Assembly: GCA_041662745.1 (NCBI GenBank)
Contig: JBAZRV010000005.1
Location: forward strand, 6,605 to 70,604
DNA: 64,000 bases
Direction of reading: 5' to 3'
Source: Patescibacteria group bacterium
GTDB lineage: Bacteria; Patescibacteriota; Patescibacteriia; 2-01-FULL-39-33
Made by a program: the position numbers and the translations under genes. Within the stretch, counting starts at the first letter, position 1. Every line of letters starts with the position of its first letter. A model generated the notes under the pieces. That model saw only the letters and a program-made list of their open reading frames with translations. It was not told where the DNA came from and made no database searches. This document shows positions 26,410-36,641 of this stretch, in pieces.

Positions 26410-26811
26410 TCATTTCTTCCACAAGCCGTGCAGATTGCAATAAGCGCGGGCGGTAATGTTTTCTCCGCTACGATTGAACTCCGCTTCGGGAGCATCGCCC
26501 GGCTTCAAATACCGGCGATCAACCCGACCACCTGCCTGCGCTGAAGCTCCGGTAGGCGGGTCAACAATAATCTCAATCCACTCAATATAGTGAACTTCTT
26601 CCATGGGGTGGAGCGTGGCGCCGATTTTGACTTTTACTCCTGTTTCGGTTTTTTCAATCACCGGCACATGTTTCTCCAAGGAAGCATCAACCGAGTTTTC
26701 CGTTTGCAAAATCATGTCTTGGCCGCAACAGACCAATACTCCTCCGCCGACATGAACGACTTCCACGATATTGCCGCAAACCGAACATTTATAAATTTCG
26801 TTTAGTTTCAT
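26410..26811 (-). CDS. dfx: desulfoferrodoxin (2Fe superoxide reductase)
   Basis: N-terminal desulforedoxin Cys4 (CSVCGNIV...VCCGQDM) and C-terminal neelaredoxin centre ([26 protein letters not shown]). Confidence 0.85.
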   Translation of the reverse strand: MKLNEIYKCSVCGNIVEVVHVGGGVLVCCGQDMILQTENSVDASLEKHVPVIEKTETGVKVKIGATLHPMEEVHYIEWIEIIVDPPTGASAQAGGRVDRRYLKPGDAPEAEFNRSGENITARAYCNLHGLWKK

Positions 26812-26860
26812 AGTTGTTAGTAATTAGTTATTAGTTGATAGTTTTGAAGTCATTTATTAA

Positions 26861-27445
26861 CTAGTAACTTTCGCACTTTAATTGATAAAACGCTTGAGCG
26901 TGGTTGCAGGATGGACATTCCTTAGGCGCTTCTTTGCCGAAATGCACATAACCGCATTCGCGGCATACCCACCAAACATCTACGTCTTTCTTGAATATGG
27001 CGCCATCTTCCACCTGTTTTAACAATTTAATATACCTTTCTTCGTGATGCTCTTCGGCCCTGGCTATGGCTTTAAGCCGCGTGGCAATCTTATCATAACC
27101 CTCTTCCTCGGCTTTGGCGGCAAACTCGGGATACATGGTAACATGCTCCCAATTCTCGCCGGCAATGGCCGCCTTAAGATTGTCCGCGGTCGCACCGTAA
27201 GCCGTCGGCGCCTCGGCTTCAACTTTAATCGCCGCCAAATCCTCTTTGGAATGCTTTTTCAGCTTTTGGATTTCCTCAAACAGCTTGGCGGCATGCTCGC
27301 GTTCATTGTCCGCCGTAATCAAGAATATTTCAGCGATCTGCTCAAAACCCTCCTTTTTGGCGACTTTGCTATACATGGTATAGCGGTTTCTGGCCTGCGA
27401 TTCGCCGATGAACGCTTTGGCCAGATTCTTAATGGTTTCCGACAT
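26861..27445 (-). CDS. rbr: rubrerythrin
   Basis: Ferritin-like diiron domain with ExxH motifs (ADNEREHAAK, RAEEHHEERY) plus C-terminal rubredoxin (WVCRECGY...CPSCNH). Confidence 0.9.
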   Translation of the reverse strand: MSETIKNLAKAFIGESQARNRYTMYSKVAKKEGFEQIAEIFLITADNEREHAAKLFEEIQKLKKHSKEDLAAIKVEAEAPTAYGATADNLKAAIAGENWEHVTMYPEFAAKAEEEGYDKIATRLKAIARAEEHHEERYIKLLKQVEDGAIFKKDVDVWWVCRECGYVHFGKEAPKECPSCNHAQAFYQLKCESY

Positions 27446-27492
27446 AAAATTTAGCTTATGGCTTATAGCATATAGCTTATAGCCGATTAAAA

Positions 27493-29535
27493 TTATCTGC
27501 TTTGCCTTATACTCATAATATCTTCCACCTCTTCATCAGCCGGCGGATTGTCCGGCAGAGCGGCAGAAAGAGTGTCCAATCCCCCACTTAAATCCGGCGG
27601 CGGAATCAATGGCTGGCGCGGTTCCAGTGATGACAAACTCAAAGGCGGGACGCTATCGTCCTCGTGGCGCACCAATTGCTCCAGCATCCTAATCGCCGGT
27701 TCGCGCGCCGGCGCCGGCTTGCGTCGTTCGTCTTTGACTTTCTTAAAACAATCATTGCAATATACCGGCCGGCCCTTTTCCGGCTGAAAATTCAACTTGA
27801 ACATCTTGCCGCACATGGAGCATTTGGCGTCAAACTTGCCGAACTCGCGACGTTCTCCCTGATCTTTTCTGGCGGGCGGGTCAGCAGCATACCGCGGCTC
27901 ATCAACGCGCCTGTCATCCCGGCGTTCCGCCCTGCTTTCTGTACCGGCGGATCCGGCATCATCGCGCAGATCGCGATCGTCGCGTCGGGGCGGCCGGTCA
28001 TCGCGTCGGGGCGGGCGGCTGTCCGGCCGGTCATCGCGACTGAAAGAACGGCTTTCGCGTCGGGGCGGTCGATCATCGCGCTTGGGCCAAACCATCGGCC
28101 GAGGCGGGGTCGGCAGCAAAGTGCCGGTGCCCAAAGCCGACAAAGAAATGGTCGGGCCGGCTACCGGCTCTTTCATCGGCACCACTTCACCCATTCTTAA
28201 TTCGCCCTTTTCAGCATGAGCGGCGATATCGCCCATGCGCGTACTTAAATCAGCGGAGCTCCAACGATTGATCTTGTCTTCCACCACGGCGCGCGGATTG
28301 GCGTATCTCTCGCGGGAAACATAAGTTACTTTTTCGCTGTTGTTAGTGCGGTATTCTTCAAATAACGGTGGCAGAGTGGCGGCGGAAAAAGGATCGGAAG
28401 AAACGCCGTCAATCATCAGTTTAAGGTAAACGGCAAAGGCCGGCAAGTTGACCAGATCTTCTTCGGTAAAAAACGGCGCGAATTCCAAAACCAGTTTCTC
28501 GGCATCAGCGGCGCCGACACGGAAACAAATCAATGTGCCGACGTTGCCGAATACGGCTGCCGCTACCTCTTCCGGCAACTGTTCAATATATTGATGCGCC
28601 ACAATCAGATTGAGACGGTATTTTCTGGCTTCGGACAGGATATTGGCAAAACTTTCCGTAGCGAAGTTCTGAAATTCATCCACATAAAGATAAAAATCGG
28701 GGCGGTCTTTCTCTAATATGTCCACCCGGCTCATGGCCGCCAAGTACAGCTTGGTCACGATCATGGAACCCAAAAGCTTCATGGTATCTTCGCCGATCTT
28801 GCCTTTGGCCAAATTCAAAATCAAAATCTTCTTGTTATCCATGATTTCCCGCAAATCAATGGTGGAAGTCACCTGGCCGACGATATTGCGGATCAGAAAA
28901 TTAGACAAGAATTGGCCGACTTTATTCTGGATGGGCGAAATGACTTCTTGCAAGGTCTTTTCATTCCATTTGGAATATTCATTAACCCAAAAACTGCGCA
29001 CCACCGGGTCCTTGATTTTGGCCACGACTTTTTCGCGATAGTCCTTTTCCACCAGAATGCGCATGATGCCCAAAAGCGTGGAGCCGGGATAATCCAACAA
29101 CGACAAGATCGTATTGCGTAAAATATATTCCAAACGCGGGCCCCAGGAATCGGCCCAAAGTTTTTTGAAAACGGAAATAAGGCCGGAAGCGACGAAATTC
29201 TTGTTGATTTCATCCACCGCTTCCAAAACGTTAAAGGCGATGGGAAACTCGGCATCGGCCGGATTAAGGTAAATCACGTCATTAATGCGGTGAGGCGGAA
29301 TAAAGTCCAGCAATTTTTCGGCCGTATCGCCGTGCGGATCAATATAGCAACAGCCTTCGCCGTTTAAAATATCAGAAATAATAAGATTTTCCAGCAGGGT
29401 GGTTTTTCCCATGCCGGTTTTACCGATGACATACATGTGGCGGCGACGATCATCGCGCTTAATGCCAAAAGACCTGCGCGCATTGCGGTAGTTGGTTTCG
29501 CCAAAGATTGTTACGTTATTGTTTGGTTCGGGCAT
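27493..29535 (-). CDS. TraD/VirD4-like (type IV coupling-protein-like) P-loop ATPase with Arg/Asp-rich low-complexity region and C-terminal zinc ribbon
   Basis: Walker A (YVIGKTGMGKTTLLENLI), Walker-B/DE box (FYLYVDEFQNF), TraD/TraG-like architecture. Repeats RDDRPPRRDDRDLRDD. C-terminal CSMCGK...YCNDCF. Confidence 0.55.
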   Translation of the reverse strand: MPEPNNNVTIFGETNYRNARRSFGIKRDDRRRHMYVIGKTGMGKTTLLENLIISDILNGEGCCYIDPHGDTAEKLLDFIPPHRINDVIYLNPADAEFPIAFNVLEAVDEINKNFVASGLISVFKKLWADSWGPRLEYILRNTILSLLDYPGSTLLGIMRILVEKDYREKVVAKIKDPVVRSFWVNEYSKWNEKTLQEVISPIQNKVGQFLSNFLIRNIVGQVTSTIDLREIMDNKKILILNLAKGKIGEDTMKLLGSMIVTKLYLAAMSRVDILEKDRPDFYLYVDEFQNFATESFANILSEARKYRLNLIVAHQYIEQLPEEVAAAVFGNVGTLICFRVGAADAEKLVLEFAPFFTEEDLVNLPAFAVYLKLMIDGVSSDPFSAATLPPLFEEYRTNNSEKVTYVSRERYANPRAVVEDKINRWSSADLSTRMGDIAAHAEKGELRMGEVVPMKEPVAGPTISLSALGTGTLLPTPPRPMVWPKRDDRPPRRESRSFSRDDRPDSRPPRRDDRPPRRDDRDLRDDAGSAGTESRAERRDDRRVDEPRYAADPPARKDQGERREFGKFDAKCSMCGKMFKLNFQPEKGRPVYCNDCFKKVKDERRKPAPAREPAIRMLEQLVRHEDDSVPPLSLSSLEPRQPLIPPPDLSGGLDTLSAALPDNPPADEEVEDIMSIRQSR

Positions 29536-29540
29536 ATGGA

Positions 29541-31316
29541 TTAAGCGAAAGGCAAATTGGGCGGCGGAGCGCCTTTTCTTGAGGGCACAGTTCCTGGGCC
29601 CGAATTATCGGGTGGCGCATAAGCCGGCTGGGACGGCGGGTATTGCGATGGCGGCCGATAAGCGGGTTCTGCCGGCAATGAAGAAGGCATTGCCATATCA
29701 GGCAAAGGCGGAGCCAGCGGAGGCACGCCTGTCGCCGGTTCATAAGACGGTTCTTCAATAGGTGATTGATAAGCGGGCATTACAGGCGGAGGAGCGAACA
29801 TTTGATCGGGAGAAACCGGAGCGGCGGGAGCAATGGGACGGCTATAAACCGAACGATCTTCTCTTTTAGCCGGACCGACACGCTGTTCATAGGGCAGGCG
29901 CGTGGGCGGAGCCGCTTTTTTGCTTTGAATCATGCCGACTTCCGTCGCCTTAACCGTCATTACCGGGAAGTGCCAAATAGTGGCCAACTCTTCGGGATTA
30001 AGATAGGTGATCTTTTCGTTCACATTGCTCTCGCCGTACCAGGCATGGCGTTTGGAAAACCAACGCAGGATGCGATTCTGCTTCTCAGCGATGCGATGAT
30101 TGACAAAAAAATAATCAGCGGCGGTTTTGGTGTAAGAACCGGGCTTGAAACCGTTGGCATTTGTGGTATTGAATTGGTTAATGGCGCCAGTGATGCCGGT
30201 AACGCCGCGGCCCTTGGCAAAAACTTCCTTCTTGGCCAGATAAATCATGCGATACTTGACCTTGAATTGATGCTTGGAAAGTTTCTTTTCCACCATTTCC
30301 AGAACCGTACGCTCGCCGGGCGACATCTTGAACATTTTCCATTGGTCTTCTTCCTTCTTCTTATCGGCGACCGCGCCAAGTTCCAAACCGATGGCGTGCC
30401 CGACTAAGCCCATGCCCCAATCAAGAGCGCCACCCAAGGGCTTGTTGATGATGTCGGCGGGATTAAAGCTTTCCGGCGCTTTATAAACCTCTTTCTTAAG
30501 TTCGGTCAAAACCTTTTTCACCGTTTCCGATTTCCAATAAGGAGCACCCTGCGGTTGGACAATGACCTGAATCCAAGTCTGTTCGCCCGGGCCAAGCCGG
30601 CTCATATTCTCTAACAGATTGGACATCGGATCCAAAAAGGCCTGGCTCAAACGATGTTCAAATTCTTCATAAGTTTTAATGGGGAAAGGATACTTTCTGG
30701 TCAAAACAAATTCCGCGCCCCACATGTTATACAGCTTATTGGGAAAATGCAATTTTGAAAACGGGATGGGCTGACCGGTTTTGGGATCAACATCTTCCGA
30801 ATCGTAATTGGTGTAATCGTCAACCTCGGTGATTTCCGCGTCCGGATACTGGGAATAAAGCGCGGCTTGGATAAAATCAAGAAAATGCGCCGGGGTGCGG
30901 ATAAAAAATCTAGTGTGGCCCTCAATGGACACCAATTCAAACGAAAAGCTCTCGGTCACCTTACCGTTCCAATACTTGTCAACTAAATTGGAGGAAGTAA
31001 AAACACCGGCTAAAGCGGCAAAAATATTCTCCACGGCTTTGGGCGTTTGTTCGTTGTTCTTGGGGATGTCTATCGCCAGAAAACGCCATTTCCATTTGCT
31101 CTGGAACCGGCCGGACTGATTCTCCAAAAAAATATCCTTGTAAGAACGCCACATGAACATCAAAACAAAAAGCACCCAGCCACCGTGCCAGAAGAAATAC
31201 CAGCCGATTTGCGCCGGATCCATTTGGCTGAATTGCAAAAACCAAGCTAAAAACCCCTCCCACAGATTGTTGTTGGCCAAGGAATACAAAATATTGTCGT
31301 AAATGTTCGGTTGCAT
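29541..31316 (-). CDS. hypothetical membrane protein with proline-rich C-terminus (partner of the TraD-like ATPase)
   Basis: N-terminal TM helices (WYFFWHGGWVLFVLMFMW). C-terminal ~120 aa are Pro-rich low complexity. Its stop is 5 bp upstream of the ATPase start. Confidence 0.5.
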   Translation of the reverse strand: MQPNIYDNILYSLANNNLWEGFLAWFLQFSQMDPAQIGWYFFWHGGWVLFVLMFMWRSYKDIFLENQSGRFQSKWKWRFLAIDIPKNNEQTPKAVENIFAALAGVFTSSNLVDKYWNGKVTESFSFELVSIEGHTRFFIRTPAHFLDFIQAALYSQYPDAEITEVDDYTNYDSEDVDPKTGQPIPFSKLHFPNKLYNMWGAEFVLTRKYPFPIKTYEEFEHRLSQAFLDPMSNLLENMSRLGPGEQTWIQVIVQPQGAPYWKSETVKKVLTELKKEVYKAPESFNPADIINKPLGGALDWGMGLVGHAIGLELGAVADKKKEEDQWKMFKMSPGERTVLEMVEKKLSKHQFKVKYRMIYLAKKEVFAKGRGVTGITGAINQFNTTNANGFKPGSYTKTAADYFFVNHRIAEKQNRILRWFSKRHAWYGESNVNEKITYLNPEELATIWHFPVMTVKATEVGMIQSKKAAPPTRLPYEQRVGPAKREDRSVYSRPIAPAAPVSPDQMFAPPPVMPAYQSPIEEPSYEPATGVPPLAPPLPDMAMPSSLPAEPAYRPPSQYPPSQPAYAPPDNSGPGTVPSRKGAPPPNLPFA

Positions 31317-31394
31317 GTTGTTGTCTGTCCGATTATGGCAATCGGATATGAATTAATTATAACATAATTCAGTCGGCGGCGCCAAATCAAAAAA

Positions 31395-31432
31395 AATAAA
31401 TACCCGCCCTAAGCAGGTATTTATTTAATGGA
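31395..31432 (-). terminator. rho-independent terminator after the HARE-HTH gene
   Basis: Minus-strand hairpin (aaatacctgcttagggcgggtattt) followed by a T-run. Confidence 0.5.
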
Positions 31433-31525
31433 TAATTTCCTTATCCCGTCATTCTCGAAAATTCGCAACGAGCAAATGCGAGCTGGAATTTATCGGGAAT
31501 CACACGCCTGAATTGTAATTAATGT

Positions 31526-32758
31526 TTATTCCGCGTCAGCCACTTTTTCCAGAATCTCTTCGGCCTTGGCTTCAACAGCGCTTCCATCGGCCAAGAAATA
31601 CTTGCCCTTGTCGTTGCGCTTGATATTGTCATGATTCATTAAGGCCAAATAAACGGTGGAGCGTTTGACATTGCGGCGTTCCAAAACCTTATCAATGACT
31701 TGATCCTTGGCCAGGGGGCCTTCTTCTTTTAAAATATCAATAATAACGTCAGCTACATTGCCCGGGCGGTAACCCCATTCAGACAGGGCATAAATGCCGC
31801 GGCCGACCAAAACGTATTTCGGATCAAGGATTAATTCATTGTGAACGGTCGGAGCGTAAGCGATTTTGCCGTCAAAAGCATTCTTGTTTATTTCTGAAGC
31901 GATTTCAGTGAAATGCATAGGACGACCGGCCTTCTTCAGGGTCAAATAAATCTTATCGTTGATCTTCTTCGGCTTGACAATGCCCCAAGAGATCAAGCCC
32001 CAATTGTCAAAAATATCCTGTTGGATTTTTCTGGAAGCGCGCAAATAGCTTTCCAAAATCTTGTCAATATCCTCATCGGTAGCCTCTAACATGGTAGTCA
32101 AAGACAAAATCCGATCCTTGTTTTCATTATAGAAGCCGGAGTTCTTAAAACGATTCAAGAGTTCGATCAAACTGACGGGTTCTCCGTTTTTCTCAATAAT
32201 GCCGACCAGCTCGCTGATAACGCGTTTTAAAAAGTCGGTATCGGCAGAGCCTAAACGCCATAAATGATTGAATTCTTTATCCTGACCGACTTTATTAATG
32301 CGATCGGAAAAGATATGTTCAGCCAAAAACAACAAAGAATTCTCACTCTCCGGATGGGCGTTTAAATAATTAAGGACGTTTTCCAAGAAAAAAGCTTCTT
32401 CCATGACACCGCCGTATTGTTCCAAAAGCTGGGAAACTACGCCTTCGGCCTCGCGAATCTCATCCTTAAGATCGCGCAAATCCTTGAGCTTTTTGATAGA
32501 CAGGTTTTCAATCTGTCTGACGCGCTCGCGGGTAATGCCGTAAACCTGGCCGATTTCTTCCAGGGTATGCTTTTTATCAACGCCTAAGCCAAAGCGCTTT
32601 CTAACAACGTCCCGTTCCTTTTCGGACAGGTTATTGAATAAGGTGTTGATCACATCGACCGGATTAAAGGCGGATAAACCGTCCTTAAACTTGTTTTTTC
32701 TGACTTGATCCAAGATGGACATATGATAATTAATATTGAATATTAAACTAATCGCCAA
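31526..32758 (-). CDS. sigma-70 region-4-like HTH protein with C-terminal HARE-HTH domain; start may be the internal Met at 32722
   Basis: N-terminal region 4.2-like HTH (TLEEIGQVYGITRERVRQIENLSIKKL). C-terminal HARE-HTH pattern (MHFTEIASEI...VLVGRGIYALSEWGY). Confidence 0.55.
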   Translation of the reverse strand: MAISLIFNINYHMSILDQVRKNKFKDGLSAFNPVDVINTLFNNLSEKERDVVRKRFGLGVDKKHTLEEIGQVYGITRERVRQIENLSIKKLKDLRDLKDEIREAEGVVSQLLEQYGGVMEEAFFLENVLNYLNAHPESENSLLFLAEHIFSDRINKVGQDKEFNHLWRLGSADTDFLKRVISELVGIIEKNGEPVSLIELLNRFKNSGFYNENKDRILSLTTMLEATDEDIDKILESYLRASRKIQQDIFDNWGLISWGIVKPKKINDKIYLTLKKAGRPMHFTEIASEINKNAFDGKIAYAPTVHNELILDPKYVLVGRGIYALSEWGYRPGNVADVIIDILKEEGPLAKDQVIDKVLERRNVKRSTVYLALMNHDNIKRNDKGKYFLADGSAVEAKAEEILEKVADAE

Positions 32759-32958
32759 TTATTGTCAATGGGAGTAATTTGATTAATTACTTTATTTTAG
32801 CGAAAATTCAATCATTTGTTTTTACCTAAAATTAGCTAAAATTTGACTATAACTGATTCTTATGCCTTAATTATATCAAAAATATTGGTAATTGTCAATA
32901 GTGTAAAAAAATAAACCCCGAAAACCAACTTCGGGGTTTATATCCAGCTCTCTTCCGC

Positions 32959-33957
32959 TTAATTCTCCAAATACTTGACAATATTCTGCTGATGCTCGGC
33001 GTAAGTCCGGCCGAAATGCGCGCGACCTTCGCTGTCAGTCAAAAAATAATAGTACTGATTGGGTTGGGAATAAATCACGGCGTTAAGAGAAGCCAAACCG
33101 GGATTAGAAATCGGTCCGGGCGGCAAACCGCGGTACTTATACGTATTATAAGGGCTGTTGATTTGCAAATCGGCGTAAGTCGGGCGCGGAGATTTTTTGC
33201 CGGTAGCGTAATTAACGGTGGCGTCAGACTGCAAACCGATTCCCTGTTTCAAACGATTAAGAAAGATCGCGGCAATAACCCGGCGATCATCGTCAAACAA
33301 CGCTTCACGCTCCACAATTGATGCCAAAATCAAAGCGTCATAAAAACTGGCATTATCCTTGGGCGCGTCAAAGCGCATCTGCGCCGTGACCTGGCGGTCA
33401 AAGTTATCCAGCATTTTCTTAATGGCATCTTCCGGCTTGGCATCGCTAAAAATCCGATAAGTATCGGGAAACAAAAATCCTTCCAACGACTTGATGCGCT
33501 TATCCTGCAGAAAAACATATTGGTCGCGCCAATTGTCTATGGCGCTGGCAGAAGCAAACGCCTGTTCATCGGCGATCCCCCGCTCCTTAAAATAGGCGGC
33601 GATGTCCTTAATTTTCCAACCCTCAATAATGGTAATGGTAAGTTCGCGGTCAATATTAGTGTTACTGGTCAATTGGCGAATAATGGATTTGATGGAGGAA
33701 TGCGCTTCAACTTGATGCGTGCCGGCCACCAAACGGCTGTCCGCTTTGGTCAACTTGGCATACAGCCTAAAAGTAAAAATGCTGGCTATCAATCCCCGAC
33801 TCCGAAGCGTTTGAGCGATTTCACCAGCGCCGACGCCGGATTCAATTTTAACGGTCGTTGCCTGCGCCAAGTCATTATGACGGCTAAAGGAATAGAAAAA
33901 CCATGAAACCGTTAAGACAATAACAACCAAAAAAGCAACGATTGCCTTCTTTAACAT
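32959..33957 (-). CDS. mltG: endolytic murein transglycosylase MltG (YceG family)
   Basis: N-terminal TM anchor. YceG signatures (FLFPDTYRI, LILASIVEREA, LQSDATVNYA, YNTYKYRGLPPGPISNPG). Confidence 0.85.
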   Translation of the reverse strand: MLKKAIVAFLVVIVLTVSWFFYSFSRHNDLAQATTVKIESGVGAGEIAQTLRSRGLIASIFTFRLYAKLTKADSRLVAGTHQVEAHSSIKSIIRQLTSNTNIDRELTITIIEGWKIKDIAAYFKERGIADEQAFASASAIDNWRDQYVFLQDKRIKSLEGFLFPDTYRIFSDAKPEDAIKKMLDNFDRQVTAQMRFDAPKDNASFYDALILASIVEREALFDDDRRVIAAIFLNRLKQGIGLQSDATVNYATGKKSPRPTYADLQINSPYNTYKYRGLPPGPISNPGLASLNAVIYSQPNQYYYFLTDSEGRAHFGRTYAEHQQNIVKYLEN

Positions 33958-34056
33958 AATAAATAATTGATTAATAATATTTGATATTGTAACAAAAACA
34001 ACGGCTTAAGTCCATGCCTTTAGTCTTGAACCGGCAATTATGATATAATTATCTTA

Positions 34057-34944
34057 ATGAAGGCGAACAAAAAACAATTAATCTTGCTTGGAGCGGCGAT
34101 AGCTATCGGCGTCGGTTATTTGGCTTTAAGCGGCGTCATGCGGCTGGGCAAAGCCGTCCAGGCCGAAGAAAACCCGGCGGCGGCCCAAGAGATAGTCCAG
34201 CTGACCAATACTTATCGCCAGAGCTTGGAGCTTAACGATCTCAGCGTCAATCCCCGCTTGACCCAAGCGGCCATTGATCGCGCCAAAGACATTCTGGCCA
34301 AACAATACTTCGGCCATATTTCGCCGGACGGAAAAAAATTCTCCGATTGGGTCAAGGATACGGGCTACAAATATTTTTATGTCGGTGAAAACTTAGCGAT
34401 TGACTTCAATAACAGCCAGGAGGTGTTTGAAGCTTGGCTCAAAAGCGACGGCCATCGCCAGAATCTGGAACGCGGAGAATACCAAGAAATCGGAGTGGCC
34501 AGCCTGCGGGGCGAGTTCAAGAACCAACCGACCTCGGTAGTCGTTCAGCTGTTCGGTTCGCGCGTGCTGGGAGCTAATGAACTGAATTTGCCCAATACTG
34601 CCGGCGCGGACAATTATTTTCCCGTAGCGCGCAGCTGGTCCATTGAACGGGTCCTGATGGCGATTGATTTTTTCCGCTGGTGGCTTAACTGCCTGATTGT
34701 CATTATTGTTTTATTGTTGCTTTTGACTTTTTTGCAAACTCCGCCAAAAGACAAAAAAATTATTCAAAAAAAGATTATCCAAAAACCCTCGGCCAACTTG
34801 GATCGGCCGAAGGCGAGAATAATCAAGGCCAAAAAAATTACGGCTAAAAAACCAGCCAAAGCAAAATCAAACCGGCCAAAATCACCCGGTACCAAGCGAA
34901 AACACCAAGCGAATGGTCAAGCAGATACTTCAATAAGAATTTAA
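34057..34944 (+). CDS. secreted/membrane CAP-domain (SCP/PR-1, YkwD-like) protein with Lys-rich tail
   Basis: CAP motifs (GHISPDG..., YVGENLA, HRQNLERGEYQEIGVA). Signal/TM at the N-terminus, TM helix near the C-terminus, K-rich tail. The 3' end overlaps uppP convergently by ~100 bp. Confidence 0.65.
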   Translation: MKANKKQLILLGAAIAIGVGYLALSGVMRLGKAVQAEENPAAAQEIVQLTNTYRQSLELNDLSVNPRLTQAAIDRAKDILAKQYFGHISPDGKKFSDWVKDTGYKYFYVGENLAIDFNNSQEVFEAWLKSDGHRQNLERGEYQEIGVASLRGEFKNQPTSVVVQLFGSRVLGANELNLPNTAGADNYFPVARSWSIERVLMAIDFFRWWLNCLIVIIVLLLLLTFLQTPPKDKKIIQKKIIQKPSANLDRPKARIIKAKKITAKKPAKAKSNRPKSPGTKRKHQANGQADTSIRI

Positions 34945-35662
34945 CGGCAAAATAACCGCTAACGGCGGCGGTAACAAATCCGACGGCCAGCAAGGGCCAC
35001 TCCGCAACAGTCAATGATTCAATTTGTAACAATGATTTGACGCCGGCGCCCAAAACTACGGGCAAAGACAACAAAAAAGAAAATTTCGCCGCCTGTTCCC
35101 GGGTTAACTTCAACATCAGACCGGCGCAGATGGTAATGCCTGAGCGGGAAGTGCCGGGGATCAAAGCTGTGGCCTGAGCCGCGCCGATAATCAATGACTC
35201 CCACCACTTTAGCGACTCAGCCGCCCGCAAGCGTTTGGCGTATTTCTCCAGCAACCAAAACAAAACAGCGACGACTATCAGCATAATAGCCACGACTAAG
35301 GCGGCGGATCTGCCCTCATGAAACACTTGCTCAATAAAATCATTAAAAAAATAACCGGCCAGCACGGCGGGAATCGTACCGATGATAATCAACCAAGCTA
35401 AGCGCTGATTGCTGTCGCCGTTTAAATTCCATTTAACCAAGCTGGAGAAAAACCCCTTGATCAAGCGAATGATATCGCGCCAAAAAAATACCAACAGCGA
35501 CGAAAATGTTCCCAAATGAAGCACGACGTCAAAAGTCAGATTGTCCGGCAGATTAAACCGCAAAATTTCATGCAGTAAAACCAAGTGGCCGGAACTGGAA
35601 ATGGGCAAAAATTCCGCCACGCCCTGAATCAAGCCGGCCAAAATCGCTAATAAATAATTCAT
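34844..35662 (-). CDS. uppP: undecaprenyl-diphosphatase UppP (BacA)
   Basis: Conserved N-terminus (LLAILAGLIQGVAEFLPISSSGHLVL) and PGxSRSG motif (LIPGTSRSGITI). Confidence 0.9.
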   Translation of the reverse strand: MNYLLAILAGLIQGVAEFLPISSSGHLVLLHEILRFNLPDNLTFDVVLHLGTFSSLLVFFWRDIIRLIKGFFSSLVKWNLNGDSNQRLAWLIIIGTIPAVLAGYFFNDFIEQVFHEGRSAALVVAIMLIVVAVLFWLLEKYAKRLRAAESLKWWESLIIGAAQATALIPGTSRSGITICAGLMLKLTREQAAKFSFLLSLPVVLGAGVKSLLQIESLTVAEWPLLAVGFVTAAVSGYFAVKFLLKYLLDHSLGVFAWYRVILAGLILLWLVF

Positions 35663-35702
35663 AAAACAAAAAACCTAATAATAATTTATTAATAATAATT
35701 TT

Positions 35703-36134
35703 ATGTACCTGCTAATCATTATCCCCGTACTGGCCGCGCTTATCGCCCAAGTTGTCAAATTAAGCATTGACGGCATCAACCGCAATCTTAATTGGCGCCA
35801 CATGTTTGCCGATTACGGCGGTATGCCCTCTTCCCATGCGGCTTTTGTTTCCGCCCTGGCTACGGTGATAGCGCTTCGCGAGGGTTTGGATTCCGCCGTT
35901 TTTGCCGTGGCTCTGGTTTTAACGGTTATAGTATTGCGCGATGCCATCGGCTTTAGGCGGGAAATCGGCAAAAACGCCACCCTGACCAACACCATCGCCA
36001 AAGAAATTTTTCCGGAAAATCCGGAAGTGCTGATACGTGAACGCATCGGCCATACCGCACTGGAAGCGGCTGTCGGTCTGATTTTCGGCGTTATCTTGGC
36101 GCTGATTCTTTATGCTCTTCTCGCTACGGCTTAA
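35703..36134 (+). CDS. divergent PAP2-family membrane protein (DUF212)
   Basis: PSSHAAF motif and a 4-TM profile typical of DUF212 acid-phosphatase-related proteins. Confidence 0.65.
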   Translation: MYLLIIIPVLAALIAQVVKLSIDGINRNLNWRHMFADYGGMPSSHAAFVSALATVIALREGLDSAVFAVALVLTVIVLRDAIGFRREIGKNATLTNTIAKEIFPENPEVLIRERIGHTALEAAVGLIFGVILALILYALLATA

Positions 36135-36235
36135 TTTCGTCGCGCCAGCTTGACATTATTAAAATACCATATTAATATGAGTCGAGCAAACCGCCGGAAC
36201 ATTCAAACTTAAAAAACCAAACAGGAGGACAAATC

Positions 36236-36520
36236 ATGGCTTTAGTGCGAGAGTGCAGTTTCTGCAATATGGATAAGGTGATTATGGATCATGAACTGAA
36301 CCTTTGCAGTGCTTGCTGTGAGCTGGTAAGCAAACGAAAGAAAGCTGAACTGGCAGTATATCTATATTGTTTTTGCCGTCTCTGCAGAAAATCCATCACC
36401 AAGGAGGACAAGCACTTCGCTGTTTGCAAGTCCTGCGCCAAAAAAATCAGAAAAAACCGGAAAAAGATATTGCGCCGGGCAGCTAAAGACAAAAAACAAG
36501 GTAGAATGAGATTCGCCTAA
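36236..36520 (+). CDS. small Cys-rich (zinc-ribbon-like) basic protein
   Basis: RBS aggagga before the ATG. Multiple CxxC pairs (CSFC, CSACC, CRLC, CKSC); K/R-rich tail. Confidence 0.45.
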   Translation: MALVRECSFCNMDKVIMDHELNLCSACCELVSKRKKAELAVYLYCFCRLCRKSITKEDKHFAVCKSCAKKIRKNRKKILRRAAKDKKQGRMRFA

Positions 36521-36641
36521 AACAAAAACTTGAAACGGGAAGAAGGCCCGGAGATGAGTAAAGAAAAATACGTTCAGCCGGAACAACCCCCGATCAATAA
36601 CACACACCATCGCACCTTTACACATCCTGACGGGATGTGTT

